From NCBI GenBank assembly GCA_025594325.1, contig JANHCV010000007.1, forward strand, positions 62,001-126,000: a DNA stretch of 64,000 nt. The letters are read 5' to 3'. A program made the translations under genes and the position numbers. Shown piece by piece: positions 24,517 through 36,770 of this stretch (positions are counted from its first letter, which is position 1; every line of letters starts with the position of its first letter). Below the pieces are notes generated by a model. The model ran no database searches. It was not told the DNA's origin and worked only from the letters and a program-made list of their open reading frames with translations. The DNA is from Blastocladiella emersonii ATCC 22665. Its lineage: Eukaryota > Fungi > Blastocladiomycota.

Positions 24517-25266
24517 ACGTCGCCCGTGCCGCCGCGCGGGATCCACGGGACTACTTGATAGCTACCGCGCGCGGGCACCGCCGGCGTCGGCGCATCGCAT
24601 TGCATCCAGTCGCATCCCGACTCGTCCATCTCGTTCGCCCGCGACCCGCCGTCCGAAATCATCGCGCGAGAGAGCGACCGTCGGTCACGGGCGCGGCGCT
24701 CGCTTTCACTTGCCCTCCGCCACGCTCGAACCAGAGTTCGAACCACGGTCCGCCCGCCGCGGTCCGCCACACGCACGCGGCGGCGCCGCGCTGTCTCCCG
24801 CCGGCGCACCCTTCCACTCGCGCGCCGCGCCGCGCCGTGTTCGCGTCCGCGGGTCCGCACCGGCCCTCGACCAATCATGTCGCGAGGCGCTCGATCGCCG
24901 CTTCGTTAGCGGAGCGGGCACTCGGCGCAACGCGTCCCGCACAAGTGTCTCGCGCCGACCCGCCCGCACGTGCTGCGCCGCGCCCGTGTCTCCGCCGGTG
25001 CGCGTGCGCCGACGCGTCGCGCGTCTCCCTGAAAGATGTCCACCGCGCCGACGCGTCGCGCGCGCCGTGCCGTGCACCGCGGCACCCGCCGTGCCCGCCC
25101 GCCGTGCCCGCCCGCCGCGATGCCCCTGCACTCCATGTCGTCGCGGCACCGGCCGCCTTGGACCTGCTCAAACAAGAGTTTGAGAAAGCGTATGAGAGTT
25201 ACAAACCCCGCTGTAAAGCAACAAGAACCCCACCCGGATCAAGTACCACACGGTCTCGTCGCCAAG

Positions 25267-28200
25267 ATGATGCCCGTGTGCGACGCGATCATCGCCCGCC
25301 TCATGGCCGGGCTCATGGCCCTCGCCATCCTGTTCGCGGCCTTTGCCGCCCCCGCCGTTGCCGTCACCGTGGCCGTGGCCGTGGCCGTGGCCGTGGCCGC
25401 CGTCGCCCCTGCCGCGACCTGCTCGCCCGTGCCGACGATCTGCCCGGCGACCGTCTGCCCCGCCGTCCCGTCGGACTGCACCCGCATGTTTGAGATCCCG
25501 TCCACGCCTACGTCTACGTCTACCTCGACGTCCATCGCACCGACCAAGCTGTTCCCGAACCAGACGCTCGCCAACCTCACGCTCGTCATGCCCACCTCGG
25601 GCTCGGCCTTCTCGCTCACCGGCACCGACACGTACAACCCGTGCCGCTCGGACCTGTTCCGCGCCGCCGACCTGTCGGCCTCGATCGACGCGTCGGAGTC
25701 GTCCGCCCTCTCGGCGGCCTCGCGCGGCGACGCGTCGTGGGCCTGGCTCTCGGGCCTCGTCTCGACTGTGGATTCCGCGACCGCGTGGCTCGCCCTCGCC
25801 TCGGCCAACGCCAACACCAACGTCACGTCGGTTCCGCCAGTGACGGCCAAGAACGGCACTTACGCCAACCAGACCATCTCGGCCATGGCCGCCGCCGCCA
25901 TGTGCGGTGCCCGGACCACGCGCCTGCCCGTCGACGACCTCTCGCTGCTCGCCTCGGCGCCGTCGGCTCTCGGTACTCGTCTCATTCCTCACTGCACCAC
26001 CCGCCACACAAACAGCGCGATTGACCACCGTGAGCCGTATAGCCGACAATGAGGTCCTCTCGCTCGCCCAGTCCAAGCACGACCTGTACAAGTACGGGTT
26101 CGTCGGCATGACCCTCATGTCATCGCCGCAGACGCTCGACACGGTCGTCGCGCTCCACAAGGGCGCCTTCGTCGGGTCCGACATGACGTTCCCGTCCGAG
26201 ACCGTCACGGCCGCCATGACGCACCGTCAGCGCGTCCACGACCTCGAGCAGCAGGCCATCGTGCACCAGCAGGAGTCGCTCGCCAAGGAGCAGCAGCTCC
26301 TCGCCAAGAACCAGGAGCTCTCGGCCAAGGACCAGCGCATCTACGAGCTCGAGCAGCAGCTCAAGCTGGCCCTCACGAAGCCGGCCCGCAGCTACGTCGA
26401 GTCGGAGCCCGCACCGGCCGCCGCGCATGCCGCCGCCGGCATGACCAAGGACTCGTCGTCGGTCCCGCTGCCGCCACTCGCGCAGCCCGGAGCCGTGCCT
26501 GATCATCAGCACTCGGCCCGCGTCCTCGTCAACATGGCCAAGGCGCTCATCGAGCCCACGCCTGCTCCGCACCGCCACCACCACCACCACCAGGTCCTCA
26601 ACACCGAGCAGGACCACGACCAGTACCCGCTCTCGGACACTCGCGCGTCTTGGACCGAGACCCCGCTCACCCGCGCCGTCACGCTGATCGCCGACAGTCT
26701 CGACTCGGTCGTGCACGCCGCCGCGACGCGCGCCAGCTACCTGTACTCGTTCGACCCGGCCGTCCCGACGTCGGTCATCCCGTCCGAAACCCACAACCTC
26801 GACGTCATCATCCTGGACGTGTTCGCGTCGCCTGCCTTCATCACCATCGCGATCCTGCTCCTCGCCGTCGTGCCCGTCGCGAAGCGTGCCTCGCTGATCA
26901 ACCTGTCCATGGATCTCACGTATGCTTCACTTCGCATTTAACCGACTCTCGAAAACACGGTCACTGACAGACCTGGTCACGCGACTGTAGGATGTACCTG
27001 CCGCGGGCGACTGGCATGTTCAAGGGTCTTACGGCCACCTCGGCGGCGACCACCATGCTTTCGGGCCCGGCCAAGCGCCGGCTCAGGGTCACCGCCATCC
27101 AGCAGTCGGCCTTCATGCAGCTGCAGCACCACTTCCGCGTTCCCCAGGATCTGCTCCACGTCGGCTCCACGAGCCAGCACATTCGCCGGCTCCAGTCCGC
27201 GCTCTCGGTCAACGCGTCGCGCACCGACAGCGCCGTCGAGCTCGACATTGAGGAGATCACGCCCAAGGCCGGCCAGGAGGTCAAGTGGACCCGCGTGCTG
27301 TACGTTCTGCGCCTTCCCACTCGACTCGTGCCGGGAGAGCCAAGACCACTAACCTCGATCTGTACACGCGTGCGTTAGGCTGCTCAACCGGGGTATCATC
27401 AACATTAAGATCGACGGGCACATGGCGGGCCAGGTCATGACCATCACCACCTTCTTTCCCTGGATCGGCAGCCGCTATCCGGCGCTCGCCGGCGCCATGC
27501 TCGATTTTGAGCGGCTCGCGGTCAAGGCGGCCCGTGCGCCGACTTCTTCCCGCCCAGCCACCAAGCACCACCGCCTCTCGTACCCCGTGCGCTTCAACAC
27601 GGTCTACCTGCCGGCCGCGCCCAAGATCTCCGACACCCAGCTGATCCACGCTATGGTCGCGTGCTTCGCCTCCATGCTCGTCCAGCGGCAGCAGCAGCAG
27701 CGGCAACGGCAGCGCTACGTGGCGGCGGCCATCATCCTCGCGTGCGCCGCCGGGTTCCAAGTCGACCGGGAGGCGGCCCAGGTCCTCGCCGACCGTACCC
27801 GCCGCTGCGTGCTCGCCCCCGACGTTCCTTCCTTCACGGGCCTCGAGCCCAAACTGCGCGCCGAGATCACGGGCGACGTCGGCCTGCAGCCCGAGGCGCG
27901 GATCCCGCAGGCCAAGGGTTACGACATGCTCAAAGGCAAGGCCCACATTGCCTACCTGCGCGCCCGCCTCGCTGCGATTAATGCCCGGAGATTGGCGGCA
28001 GGTAATCAACCCCACTCCGAGCAGGGCATGGCCAAGGTCAAGCACATTGAGCCCACGGACCTGTTCAACTGCGTCGCGAAGCACGACGCGGTCAAGGGCA
28101 AGACCTCGACCGCCTCCTCGCTGCGTGCCCGCCTCGCTGCCATTGGGGCCTCGCGTTTGGGGGCGGTCAAGGAGCGCCGCGCCGAGCTGGTGACGGGCAA

Positions 28201-28561
28201 GGCCGCGGCCGAGGTCAAGCCCATCGGGCTCACGGACCTGTTCAACTGGTTGCAGATGATCTTGCCCCCGCTCCCGGACTGGGACGAGTGCATCTGCTTC
28301 CAGGCGGAGGACCACTGCCGGTGCGGCGCGTACGACATGTGCGACCTGGACGCGGAGGGGGTTCTTGTTCCCGCCGACAACGTATGGTACGTCCCGTCGC
28401 ACCGCGAGTCCCCGCCAATGGTCTGGTCGTCGGCGAGTCCGCTCTACACGGCCTGCCCCATCATCAAACACGAGACATTCCCTGTGTTCTTCCACGACGT
28501 CGTGCCCGAGCATTTCCAGATCACGCTCTTCATCATCTCTGATCGTGATGACTGGGATTAG
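25267..28561 (+). CDS. 4-exon orphan protein (~1024 aa): signal/TM, Ser/Thr-rich region, coiled coil, TM, duplicated C-terminal module, Cys cluster
   Basis: Exons 25267-25972, 26043-26919, 26991-27299 and 27379-28561 total 3075 nt (1025 codons). Introns are phase 1, 2 and 2, with GT..AG ends and branch sites TTGAC, CACTGAC and CACTAAC. Strong GC3 bias. Confidence 0.72.
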
Positions 28562-28659
28562 GTAGCGCTCGCCTCCTCCCTTCCCCGCCATTTACTTTTG
28601 CTTTCCGTCTTGCTTTCTCGTCACCGAAAACCCCAACGAAACCCACGAAAAAAAAAAAA

Positions 28660-31600
28660 GCTTCGACCTGGTGTACGCGCGCCCTCCAGCGTGCGCGCCC
28701 TTCTCGGCCACGGCCACTGCGACCTCGAGTCGCGCCATGTCGGTACCGGTCCCGCGCCGCGCCCGCCGACACCGAGACCCGGATCGGCCCAGCTCGCGCG
28801 ACATCTACTACCCGGCGTGTCCTCGCACCACCGCTCGCCATAGTCCCGCGCACCTGCTCGGCTCGCTCGCAGGCACGCGCCCGCGGCGGCGACCATCGGC
28901 CATCGACGCCAGCTCCACGTCGATTACTCGGCCTCGGCCCCGAGCAACGACCGCCCGTCACTCGACGCCGGCCTTCTCGCTCTGCACGGCCGCAACCCGC
29001 TACTACACGAACGACTCGCGCGCCATCGCCACCATCGGACGCAGACCAAGATCGCGCTCGTCCCGATCGAGTCGTCGTAGCGCCCGCACCGAGCGCATCT
29101 CGTACACGTATGGCATGGCCCCCCGCCGTCCGCGACTCGGTGCCCCAGGTCAGCAGCTCAAGTCGTCCCGGCCATCCTGCAAGGGTACGACGGCGAGCAC
29201 TCGGCCAAACTCAACAACGTCCACGACCCACTGGTACGGACGGCATCGGTGCATTGCCCACTCGCTCCCATGGCCTCGACCCCCCATACCTCCGTACTTT
29301 TTGGTGGGTCGGGCGAGAGCGGCGGATCCGTGGACGCCGCCAAAGCTCTCGGAGTGGCCCCGAACGCCATACGTTCACATGCACCGATGCCGGGCCAGTG
29401 GGAAGATTGTCGTCGATCTCGCGCGCGCCCGTCATCCAGCCCCATGCGCGCCGACTAGATCGACGATTTTCGCCGCCACGCTCAACTACGGCGGTACCTA
29501 CACGCTCACGCTCACGGCCAGGTCGACTGACAGCCGCGACCGCGAGAGATCGTCTCGCAGCTCACGCCCCGGCCTCGACTTCCTCGCGCCACGCGTACCC
29601 GGGTTCGCACACCTCCAGGACTACCAGTACCGGCAGTACCACCAGTACCAGCTCCTTCAAGAGTCGCGACCCGCCGCACCACACCGAGATCCAGGCCTCG
29701 GTACGGATTTCGCGCTGCTGCTGCTGCTCGCCTCGATGGACACGGCCAGCTGACTCGTCGCGTCGCGTCGCCCGTGTAGAGTGCAAGACGCACCTCGATG
29801 CCCGTGTATTGTTCTTTTCATTTTCGACCCATCCGCGGCCGCACCCGGTTCCACCACATCACCCACCCACGGTACACGGCAACCGGCCGGCCCGCCACGT
29901 CGCGGCGCGCTTTCGCCACGACCGACCATCCGTCTACTCGGTCGACCTGATCAACCTGACCGAGCGATCTCCCGCACCGACTCGTCGCTGGCGCCCACTA
30001 CCGCCGCGCGCGAGTCCATCGCGACCCGCCAACACGACCAAGGCCCAAATCACTCTGGTCCACGATTCACTGACAAGGACGGCATCGACACAGCGCTCGC
30101 ACCGCTCTACTACTACTACCACTACTCGATCGCCCCGCATGCTCATTTCCGAGCGGGACACATGACGATCGCGAGGCCCAGCAGCCGTGGACGCTGACTG
30201 CGCCTCGGAGCGCGAGCACCGCCTAGACCTCGGCACCCTGTGCGCGATGCCAAGCCAGTGGGGAATGACCAGTTCTCGCCTTTTGTCGTACATCCGCGCG
30301 CTTTTCTCAAGGCGCCGGCATCTGCTTCTTCTTCTTCACGTTCACGTCCATGACGACCGCGGGTGTTCCTCAATTTGGAGACCCCGCTCAACGGTACGGC
30401 TCGACGTGTTTCCGCGAGAAAGGACCGCGTCTGACCCACCTCGTCCCGCCTCGGCTGTAGTTTCTTTGCTGAGCGCGTCATTTGACGTGTTCCAGATCTC
30501 GCTCGCCGAGACCGCGCCCAGTACCCGCGCACTACCACGATGGCCATGACCATGGTCACGCTCGCGTCGTTCTCAAGACGCGTCCCGCAGCCGCGACGAC
30601 CTGTCGCCGCTCGGCCACGGCCGGCGTCTCACCACCACCACCACCAAGTCCGCCGCACCTGCTCGCCACCTCGTTCCTCGGCCAGTACCTGTACTCGTAC
30701 CAGGAGCAGATCGGCGGCTCTCGTCCAACTACCAAGATCATCGCGCTGGACGACGCGCTTACGCCCCCGCAAACCTTCTCTCGCGTCGACCGCCCAGCGT
30801 CACACGCTCGAGACTGCTTCCCGCCACCCGCAGCCACAGCCGCACTCGTGCCCTTTCTCGAGTCGGCCAGCCCCGCGGGGCGCCGCTACCGGTCCATTTC
30901 TTCGCACGCACTTGCCAGCCAGGCTCGCTGGCAAGACGGTCGACACCACCGGTCGCGATACTACTACTACGACCAGTTCCCGATCCCGATCCCGCGCGCG
31001 AGTCAACGGCACCAGCAGCGCCGCCACGTCCCGCGGTTCGCTCGCTCGCCCATCGCCTCCTCGCACCCGATCCTGTCGCGCGGTCCACACACGCGCGCGT
31101 CCGACGCGCGGCGGCCCCACGTTTGCCGCCGCTGCCGTCGCGACCGCCACGGCCGCCATCGAGTACCGCCGAGCTCGCGCCAGATCACGCAGCTCGACTC
31201 GATTGCCCCACCACCACGTTCATTCAGCACCTCCGGTACTCGCGGGTCCGACGGCTTCCGCGCGAGACCACGCCCCACAGACGGGCAAGGGACGGTGATG
31301 AAGAAGGGTCCGGGTTGCCGTGTCGCCTGCACCCCGCAGGCCGACGGGCGCCCGCTCCCCACGCTTCCTCGCTGTCCCGGTCTCGCAACGTCGCTGTCAC
31401 CGATCACAGTGGCCCGCGCGCCGGCGTGCCCGACCGGCTCTACCGCGTGGACCGAGGCGCGGCGACGCACCCGACCCTTTTCTGCGTCGCCGCCACGCCT
31501 CCTCCTCGGTCCCGACCCTCAAGCAGCTCGCGCGAGAGACGACGACCTCGAGGGCTCCCAGCCCGAGTTCTCGAGTTCCTTCTCCTCGCCCCAGCTGTAC

Positions 31601-32150
31601 GCGGTCCAGCCCGTCACGGTTAGCTACGACGTCCCGACATCCGCCGTCGCGCGCTGAGAGGCCGCAGCGAGTACGACCCCAACGCGCTCGCTCCGCGGCC
31701 TGCTCCTCAAGTCAAGTCAAGCGCGCCGCGACGGCGGTTCCCTCGGCACGTCGCCTCGGGTAGCGGGTACCGCACTTGCTCGCGTACGCGTGTGTGTGGG
31801 TGGTTCACTCGAGCCGCTCGCCGCCGCCGCGAGCATTTCGCGCGTGCTACTGCCCGGGGACCCTCGCCATCCAGGTCGAGTCGCAGGCTGCCACCACCGG
31901 CAGCCTTGACGGCTCACCTCGGAAGGCACCACCACCACCACCACCACCACCACCACCAGCTCATCGACACCACTACAACTACGGTGAGCGGCCAGCAGAG
32001 CGTGTTGCGGGCCAATAGTGCCCGGCACGCACAGCGGCCGCAAGTATTCCGGTTCGACCACGGCGGCCCTTGCGGCGCGTTCCCTCGCGGGGGCGCCGCG
32101 GCCGCCGTCCACACGGGTCCCCTTCCGCCGACAGCCGCGCCAAGGAGCGT
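28660..32150 (+). pseudogene. Scattered coding-like relics, no coherent ORF
   Basis: Short codon-biased stretches (FAATLNYGGTYTLTLTARS, FTDKDGIDTALAPLYYYY, LLATSFLGQYLYSYQEQIGG, PQLYAVQPVTVSYDVP) in shifting frames among low-complexity sequence. Confidence 0.3.
31927..31956 (+). repeat. (CAC)x10 microsatellite
   Basis: Read directly. Confidence 0.9.
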
Positions 32151-33749
32151 GGCCGCACCGCCGCGCCGCTCGCCAAGAGTGCGAGTGTGTGTCGCGACGG
32201 TGCGACCGAGCGGATCGCGACCGGGGTCGGACCGGGGCCTCAGCGCCGCACGCCACGAGGGCCTCTTCGAGGCCATATTCGGGTGTGCGGGCGAGGCAAG
32301 AAAAAAAAGTCCCGCGTTTGATGCGCGAGCGTGCGTGGCCCGGTGTCGCGCCTGGCCCGTGAGAGGCCGGTGCTGCGAACCGGTGGACCCGCGCTCTGCT
32401 GCACGCGCGGGGCACAAGACCAGTGGGTTCGGCCGCGCGCAAAGCGTACGTCCTCGGCACTTTTGCGCGTATCGACGATCGATCTCCGTGACTAACTCGC
32501 GCGCGTGTGTATGTTCCGTGTAGGCCCGGCCCAGCCCCCTGGCCCCTCGCGCGCAAGGCGCGAGGTGGTAAGCCGCAGAGACCGCGCGCCCAGTTGAGGT
32601 GCGCGTAGCGGCAGAGCCCGCCCCGCGCTGTAGGCGTACGTCTTCTGCCTTCTTCTCCTTGGCCTCCCTCGCCTGATCCGGTTGACTGACTCGTTTGCGC
32701 TCGCACCGTGTAGGCCGGAGGCCGGTTTTCGGCCACTCGCTCAAGCGAGGTTGGCCAGCCGCGCGATATCCGTGCGTGCCCCGATCGATGGGTGCGCGTG
32801 GTCGCGACGGCGTCGACTACGACCCGCACATGCAGTGTATGTCCACACTCTCTCGCTTCGCTCACGCATCGTCGGCCCGTTGACTGACCTGATCCGCGCG
32901 CGTGTAGGCCGGTCGGTTCATCAACACTCAAGCATCGACAACCCCAAGCATCAACACCCTCGAGTTCAACACCTCAACACCCTCAACACCCTCAACACTC
33001 AGCCTGCTCGGTCAGCGCGCCCGCCTCGTCAACATTTTCCTCACTCCCTCTCCTCACACCCGCACCCCACCCCATGCACACCCGCACCACCACCGGCACC
33101 GGCACCTGCACCACTTCGAGCTCGACTGCAACTGCATCCACGCTTCCGCAAGTTCAACAACCTCAACACCACCATAACAGCTCGAGAGCAACAACGACAT
33201 CATCATCATCATCAACACCGTGCCGGCGCTGGGCGCGCTGACCGAGGACCGTGCCGCTAGGATTCGCGACCTTTCTCTTCCCTTTACTTGTTATCCTTCC
33301 CATTCGCTCGCACTCGACTCCTTTTCTCTCGTTCGTACTCAACTCTCATTTGCTCGTACTCGTTCTCCTTCGACCCCCATCTCTCCGCTCGCTCGTGTAT
33401 TGGTTGATGTACTATGGAATGGTACTGGAGCCGTTGTTACGCTCCCTTTTGGCCTACATCATATCGTCTTCTGCTTCCTGGTTCTCGGCTGTCCCGACGC
33501 GTCGACGGGACGCGCTGCGCCACTCACGTGTTGCGAGATCTCTCTTCACCTCGATCCTTTCACGCATCAAGCACTGTTTCGTACCAAAAAGGAGTTGTAT
33601 AGACACAGGAACGATGCATAATGAATCAAAAAGGGTGGAAACCAAAACAAAGCGCCCGCCGCGCGCGCAAGCCCGCGCCGCGGCGGACACAGGGGGGAGG
33701 ATATAGGCGCACAAGCAGAAACGACAAAAACCCGTTGACGACGCTCCGC

Positions 33750-36503
33750 TTAGTAGCGGTACTGGTGCTGCTGGTACTGGTTGCTGCTGCTGCCACCGTT
33801 GCCCTTGCCGTTGCCGCGCAGCTTGTTGAGCTCCTGCGTCATCTCGGCCGAGTCCTGGCCGAGCTGGCCCTCCCAGCGGTCGAGGTCCGACATGGTCGAG
33901 AGCGGGCGCGCGGCGCCCTTGTTGTTCGACGACGACGAGGAGGACGACAGCTGGTACACGTTACTCGAGGACGTGGTCGTCGCCGAGGCCTGGGCGTAGC
34001 CCGAGGTGGGCGACTTGGGCATGGCGGGGACCGAGCCCGATGGCGGCAGGTCGTCGTAGAAGGTGTAGGTCGAGTAGAGCGTGTCGCGGTTGCCCTGCTT
34101 CTTGTCGAGGTACACGGACTGGTGGTGCTGCAGCTGCGGGTCGTCGAGGACCGACATGAGCGCCGAGAAGGAGAAGCGGTTGCCGGCGTTGGGCCCGTGG
34201 CCGTCGGCCGCCGACACGATGCTGTCGCGGACCTCGGGCGGCAGCCGCGACACCTTCATCTCGATGGTGGCGCGCTTGTTCTGGTCCTTGAGCACGTCGC
34301 CCTGGTTGTCGTCGGCCGAGATGCGCTCGAGGACCGCCATGAGGGCGTTGATGCTGGACGGGTCCGCGGGGACGGCCGTCTGGCGCGGGTCGACCTCCTC
34401 GGCGGCGAGCGCCGCGGGCGACGGCGCGGGGCCATTCGCCGACTTGGCCGTGGTGGCGTTGCTGTGGCTGTCCTCGTCGTTGTGGTGGTGGTCGTCAAAG
34501 TCCATGTCGAACGGCTCGCTGTCGATCTTGACGTCGAGCTTGACCGACTGGCGGTACATGGACAGGCGGTCGAGGTCGCCGTACATGGACTTGCGGGTCG
34601 GGACGGCGGTCGGGTCCTCGCGCGCCTCGACGGGCGACGCGAAGTTGAGCGGGAACACGCCGAGCTGGCCCGTCGACATGTTGATAGCGTAGCCCCACCC
34701 GTCGTCGTACTTGGACGTGACCGACAGGATGTCGCCGACCACGAGCTCGAGCTCGTCCGACATGACGGGGTCGTAGTTGCGCGTCGCCTTGTACTGCTCG
34801 CCGTCAAACTCGAACCCGAACTCGTCGTCGTTGCCGCCCTGCACCGCGGCGTTGTTGTCCTGCGGCTGCGGCTGCACGCCGGCGGCCGCGTTGGCGGCGG
34901 CGGCAGCGGCACCGAGCCCGCGCGACATGGACGAGGAGATCATCATGGACGAGACGCGCTTGCTGGCCTTTGGCGACTTCTTCTCGACGGGCTCGTCGGG
35001 GAGCGGCGGCAGGACGGGGGCGGCGAGCGGCATCTGCTGCTGGCCCGTGTACGGGTTGAAGGCGGGCGGGGCCGAGCCCGTGGGCGACTGCATGCCGGCG
35101 GGGTTGTTGTTGCCGTTGTTGTAGGCGGGCTCCGAGACGGCCGACTGGCCGGCGGGCGACATGGGCTGCTGCTGCTGCATCTGCTGGTTGGGCGACATGT
35201 TGCCGTACAGGTTGGCGGGCTGCGGCTGGTTGGGCAGCGGCGACTGCATCTGCTGCTGCTGGGGCTGCTGCTGGCCGTAGGGCGACATGGGCGGCTGCTG
35301 CATCTGCTGCTGCTGCGGGTTGGGCGAGTTCATGGCCTGCATCTCGTACGGGTTGGGCGCGTTGCCCTTGGGCGACATGCTGGGCGCGGGGGCCGTGGCG
35401 TTGCGCGGGACCGAGTCGAGGTTGCTGACGACGGGCTTCTGCGGCGGCCAGTCGTCGTCGGACATGCGGCGGGCGCCGGTGCCGTTGCCGGACTTGGCGG
35501 CAGCGCCGCGGCGGCGCGTGATGACGAAGGCGCCAATGGCGGCGGCCACAACGACGACGCCGCCGACGATGCCGAGGATCATGCCCATGCCCATGCCGCT
35601 CGACTCGGCGACCTTGTCGGTCGAGGCGCCGGCGCCGACGGCGCCCGAGGCGGCGTTGGCGGGGTCGGACGAGGCGCCCGAGCCCGCGGTGGAGCTGCCG
35701 GTGCCGCCGACGGCGGAGCCCGCGGCCGAGTCGGCGCCCGTGGCGGGGGAGGCGGAAGACGACGAGTCGGTGGACGACTTGCAGGTGGCAAAGGCCTTTG
35801 AGGCGGGGCACAGGGCGGCGTTGCAGACCTGGGCCGTGTCCATGTAGCCGCACGTGTTGGGCTCGTTGGTGTCGCCGTCGATGCAGTTGGCCGAGCCGCC
35901 AAAGGGCCCGTTGGCGTTGGAGCACTGGGCCTTGAGGCCCGTGATCTCGCCGGCGCGGTTGCCGTTGGCGCCGGGGCACATGGCCGAGTCGGCAAAGGTC
36001 TTCTCGGTGCCGGAGACGAAATCGTTGCAGGTCTTGGCGCACAGGGCCTTGGGGGTGGTCTTGCAGCGGGCCTTGGACAGGTCGACAATGGACATGCAGG
36101 TCATGGAGATGAGGTAGCGGCGGTGCGTGTTCTTGTAGCCGGTGCAGCCGAAGCGGGTGCCGAAGAAGGCGGGCAGGGTCTGGTTGAGGTCGCCGGGCAT
36201 CTCCTTGACGTCGCCGCGCAGCCAGTTGCGCATGCGCGAGTCGAAGGTCAGGGTCAGCGACTTGGTGTCGCCGGCGGGGCGGCGCCACAGGGTGGCGTAG
36301 GCGGAGGTGGCCTTGAGGTCGATGGCGGCGCCGGCCCAGGCGCCGCAGAAGTTCCAGGACGACTGGATGGTCAGGCAGTCGTTGGTGATGGAGTCGGCGG
36401 GCAGCTTGGCCGGGTCCGTCTTCTGCGCGGCGGCGGGCGAGGCGGCGGAGGCGAGGAGCGCGACGAGGGCGAGGGCCGCGAGGGCGCGCGCGCGAGTGTA
36501 CAT
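33750..36503 (-). CDS. Single-pass membrane protein with Cys-rich ectodomain and cytoplasmic SH3 domain (~917 aa, intronless)
   Basis: Signal peptide MYTRARALAALALVALLASAASPAAA; Cys-rich domain; TM MILGIVGGVVVVAAAIGAFVI followed by TRRR; Q/P-rich tail; SH3 YKATRNYDPVMSDELELVVGDIL..YDDGWGYA..GVFPLNFA. Confidence 0.88.
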   Translation of the reverse strand: MYTRARALAALALVALLASAASPAAAQKTDPAKLPADSITNDCLTIQSSWNFCGAWAGAAIDLKATSAYATLWRRPAGDTKSLTLTFDSRMRNWLRGDVKEMPGDLNQTLPAFFGTRFGCTGYKNTHRRYLISMTCMSIVDLSKARCKTTPKALCAKTCNDFVSGTEKTFADSAMCPGANGNRAGEITGLKAQCSNANGPFGGSANCIDGDTNEPNTCGYMDTAQVCNAALCPASKAFATCKSSTDSSSSASPATGADSAAGSAVGGTGSSTAGSGASSDPANAASGAVGAGASTDKVAESSGMGMGMILGIVGGVVVVAAAIGAFVITRRRGAAAKSGNGTGARRMSDDDWPPQKPVVSNLDSVPRNATAPAPSMSPKGNAPNPYEMQAMNSPNPQQQQMQQPPMSPYGQQQPQQQQMQSPLPNQPQPANLYGNMSPNQQMQQQQPMSPAGQSAVSEPAYNNGNNNPAGMQSPTGSAPPAFNPYTGQQQMPLAAPVLPPLPDEPVEKKSPKASKRVSSMMISSSMSRGLGAAAAAANAAAGVQPQPQDNNAAVQGGNDDEFGFEFDGEQYKATRNYDPVMSDELELVVGDILSVTSKYDDGWGYAINMSTGQLGVFPLNFASPVEAREDPTAVPTRKSMYGDLDRLSMYRQSVKLDVKIDSEPFDMDFDDHHHNDEDSHSNATTAKSANGPAPSPAALAAEEVDPRQTAVPADPSSINALMAVLERISADDNQGDVLKDQNKRATIEMKVSRLPPEVRDSIVSAADGHGPNAGNRFSFSALMSVLDDPQLQHHQSVYLDKKQGNRDTLYSTYTFYDDLPPSGSVPAMPKSPTSGYAQASATTTSSSNVYQLSSSSSSSNNKGAARPLSTMSDLDRWEGQLGQDSAEMTQELNKLRGNGKGNGGSSSNQYQQHQYRY

Positions 36504-36770
36504 GGTTGGTGGTTGGAGAGTGTACAGGGGAGGGAAGGGAAGAGAGGGGGAGAGTGGTCTACAGTGCACGAGGTGGGAGGGACCCCTCGGCAACGTCTAG
36601 CTGTATCTGCGCGAGCGATGAGGTCAGTCGCGGGTCGGTGCGTCGACGAGAGGAGGAGTGGTGTGGTGGCGGGGCGGCGGAGTGCCACACGGCTGATTCG
36701 CTGCTGGTCGGGATGGGCCCACGCAGCGCGAGCGGTTCCGGGCGTCGCGGCGATTGGACGGCGGCCGCTA

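Larger units (their letters stand above)
23208..29137. repeat. Right arm of long inverted repeat (reverse complement of 1-5930)
   Basis: Mirror ORF set; end-point checks at 23208 and 29137. Confidence 0.97.

Noticed and set aside
28648-28659. A-run as the poly(A) tail of a retroposed insertion
   Set aside because: No target-site duplication or retroelement ORF is visible; similar A-runs occur at ~32298 and ~45276 in ordinary intergenic DNA.
1-29137. Inverted arms as terminal inverted repeats of a giant transposon
   Set aside because: No transposase, integrase or recombinase lies in the arms or spacer; the spacer is conserved housekeeping genes and the inner boundary falls inside a host gene.
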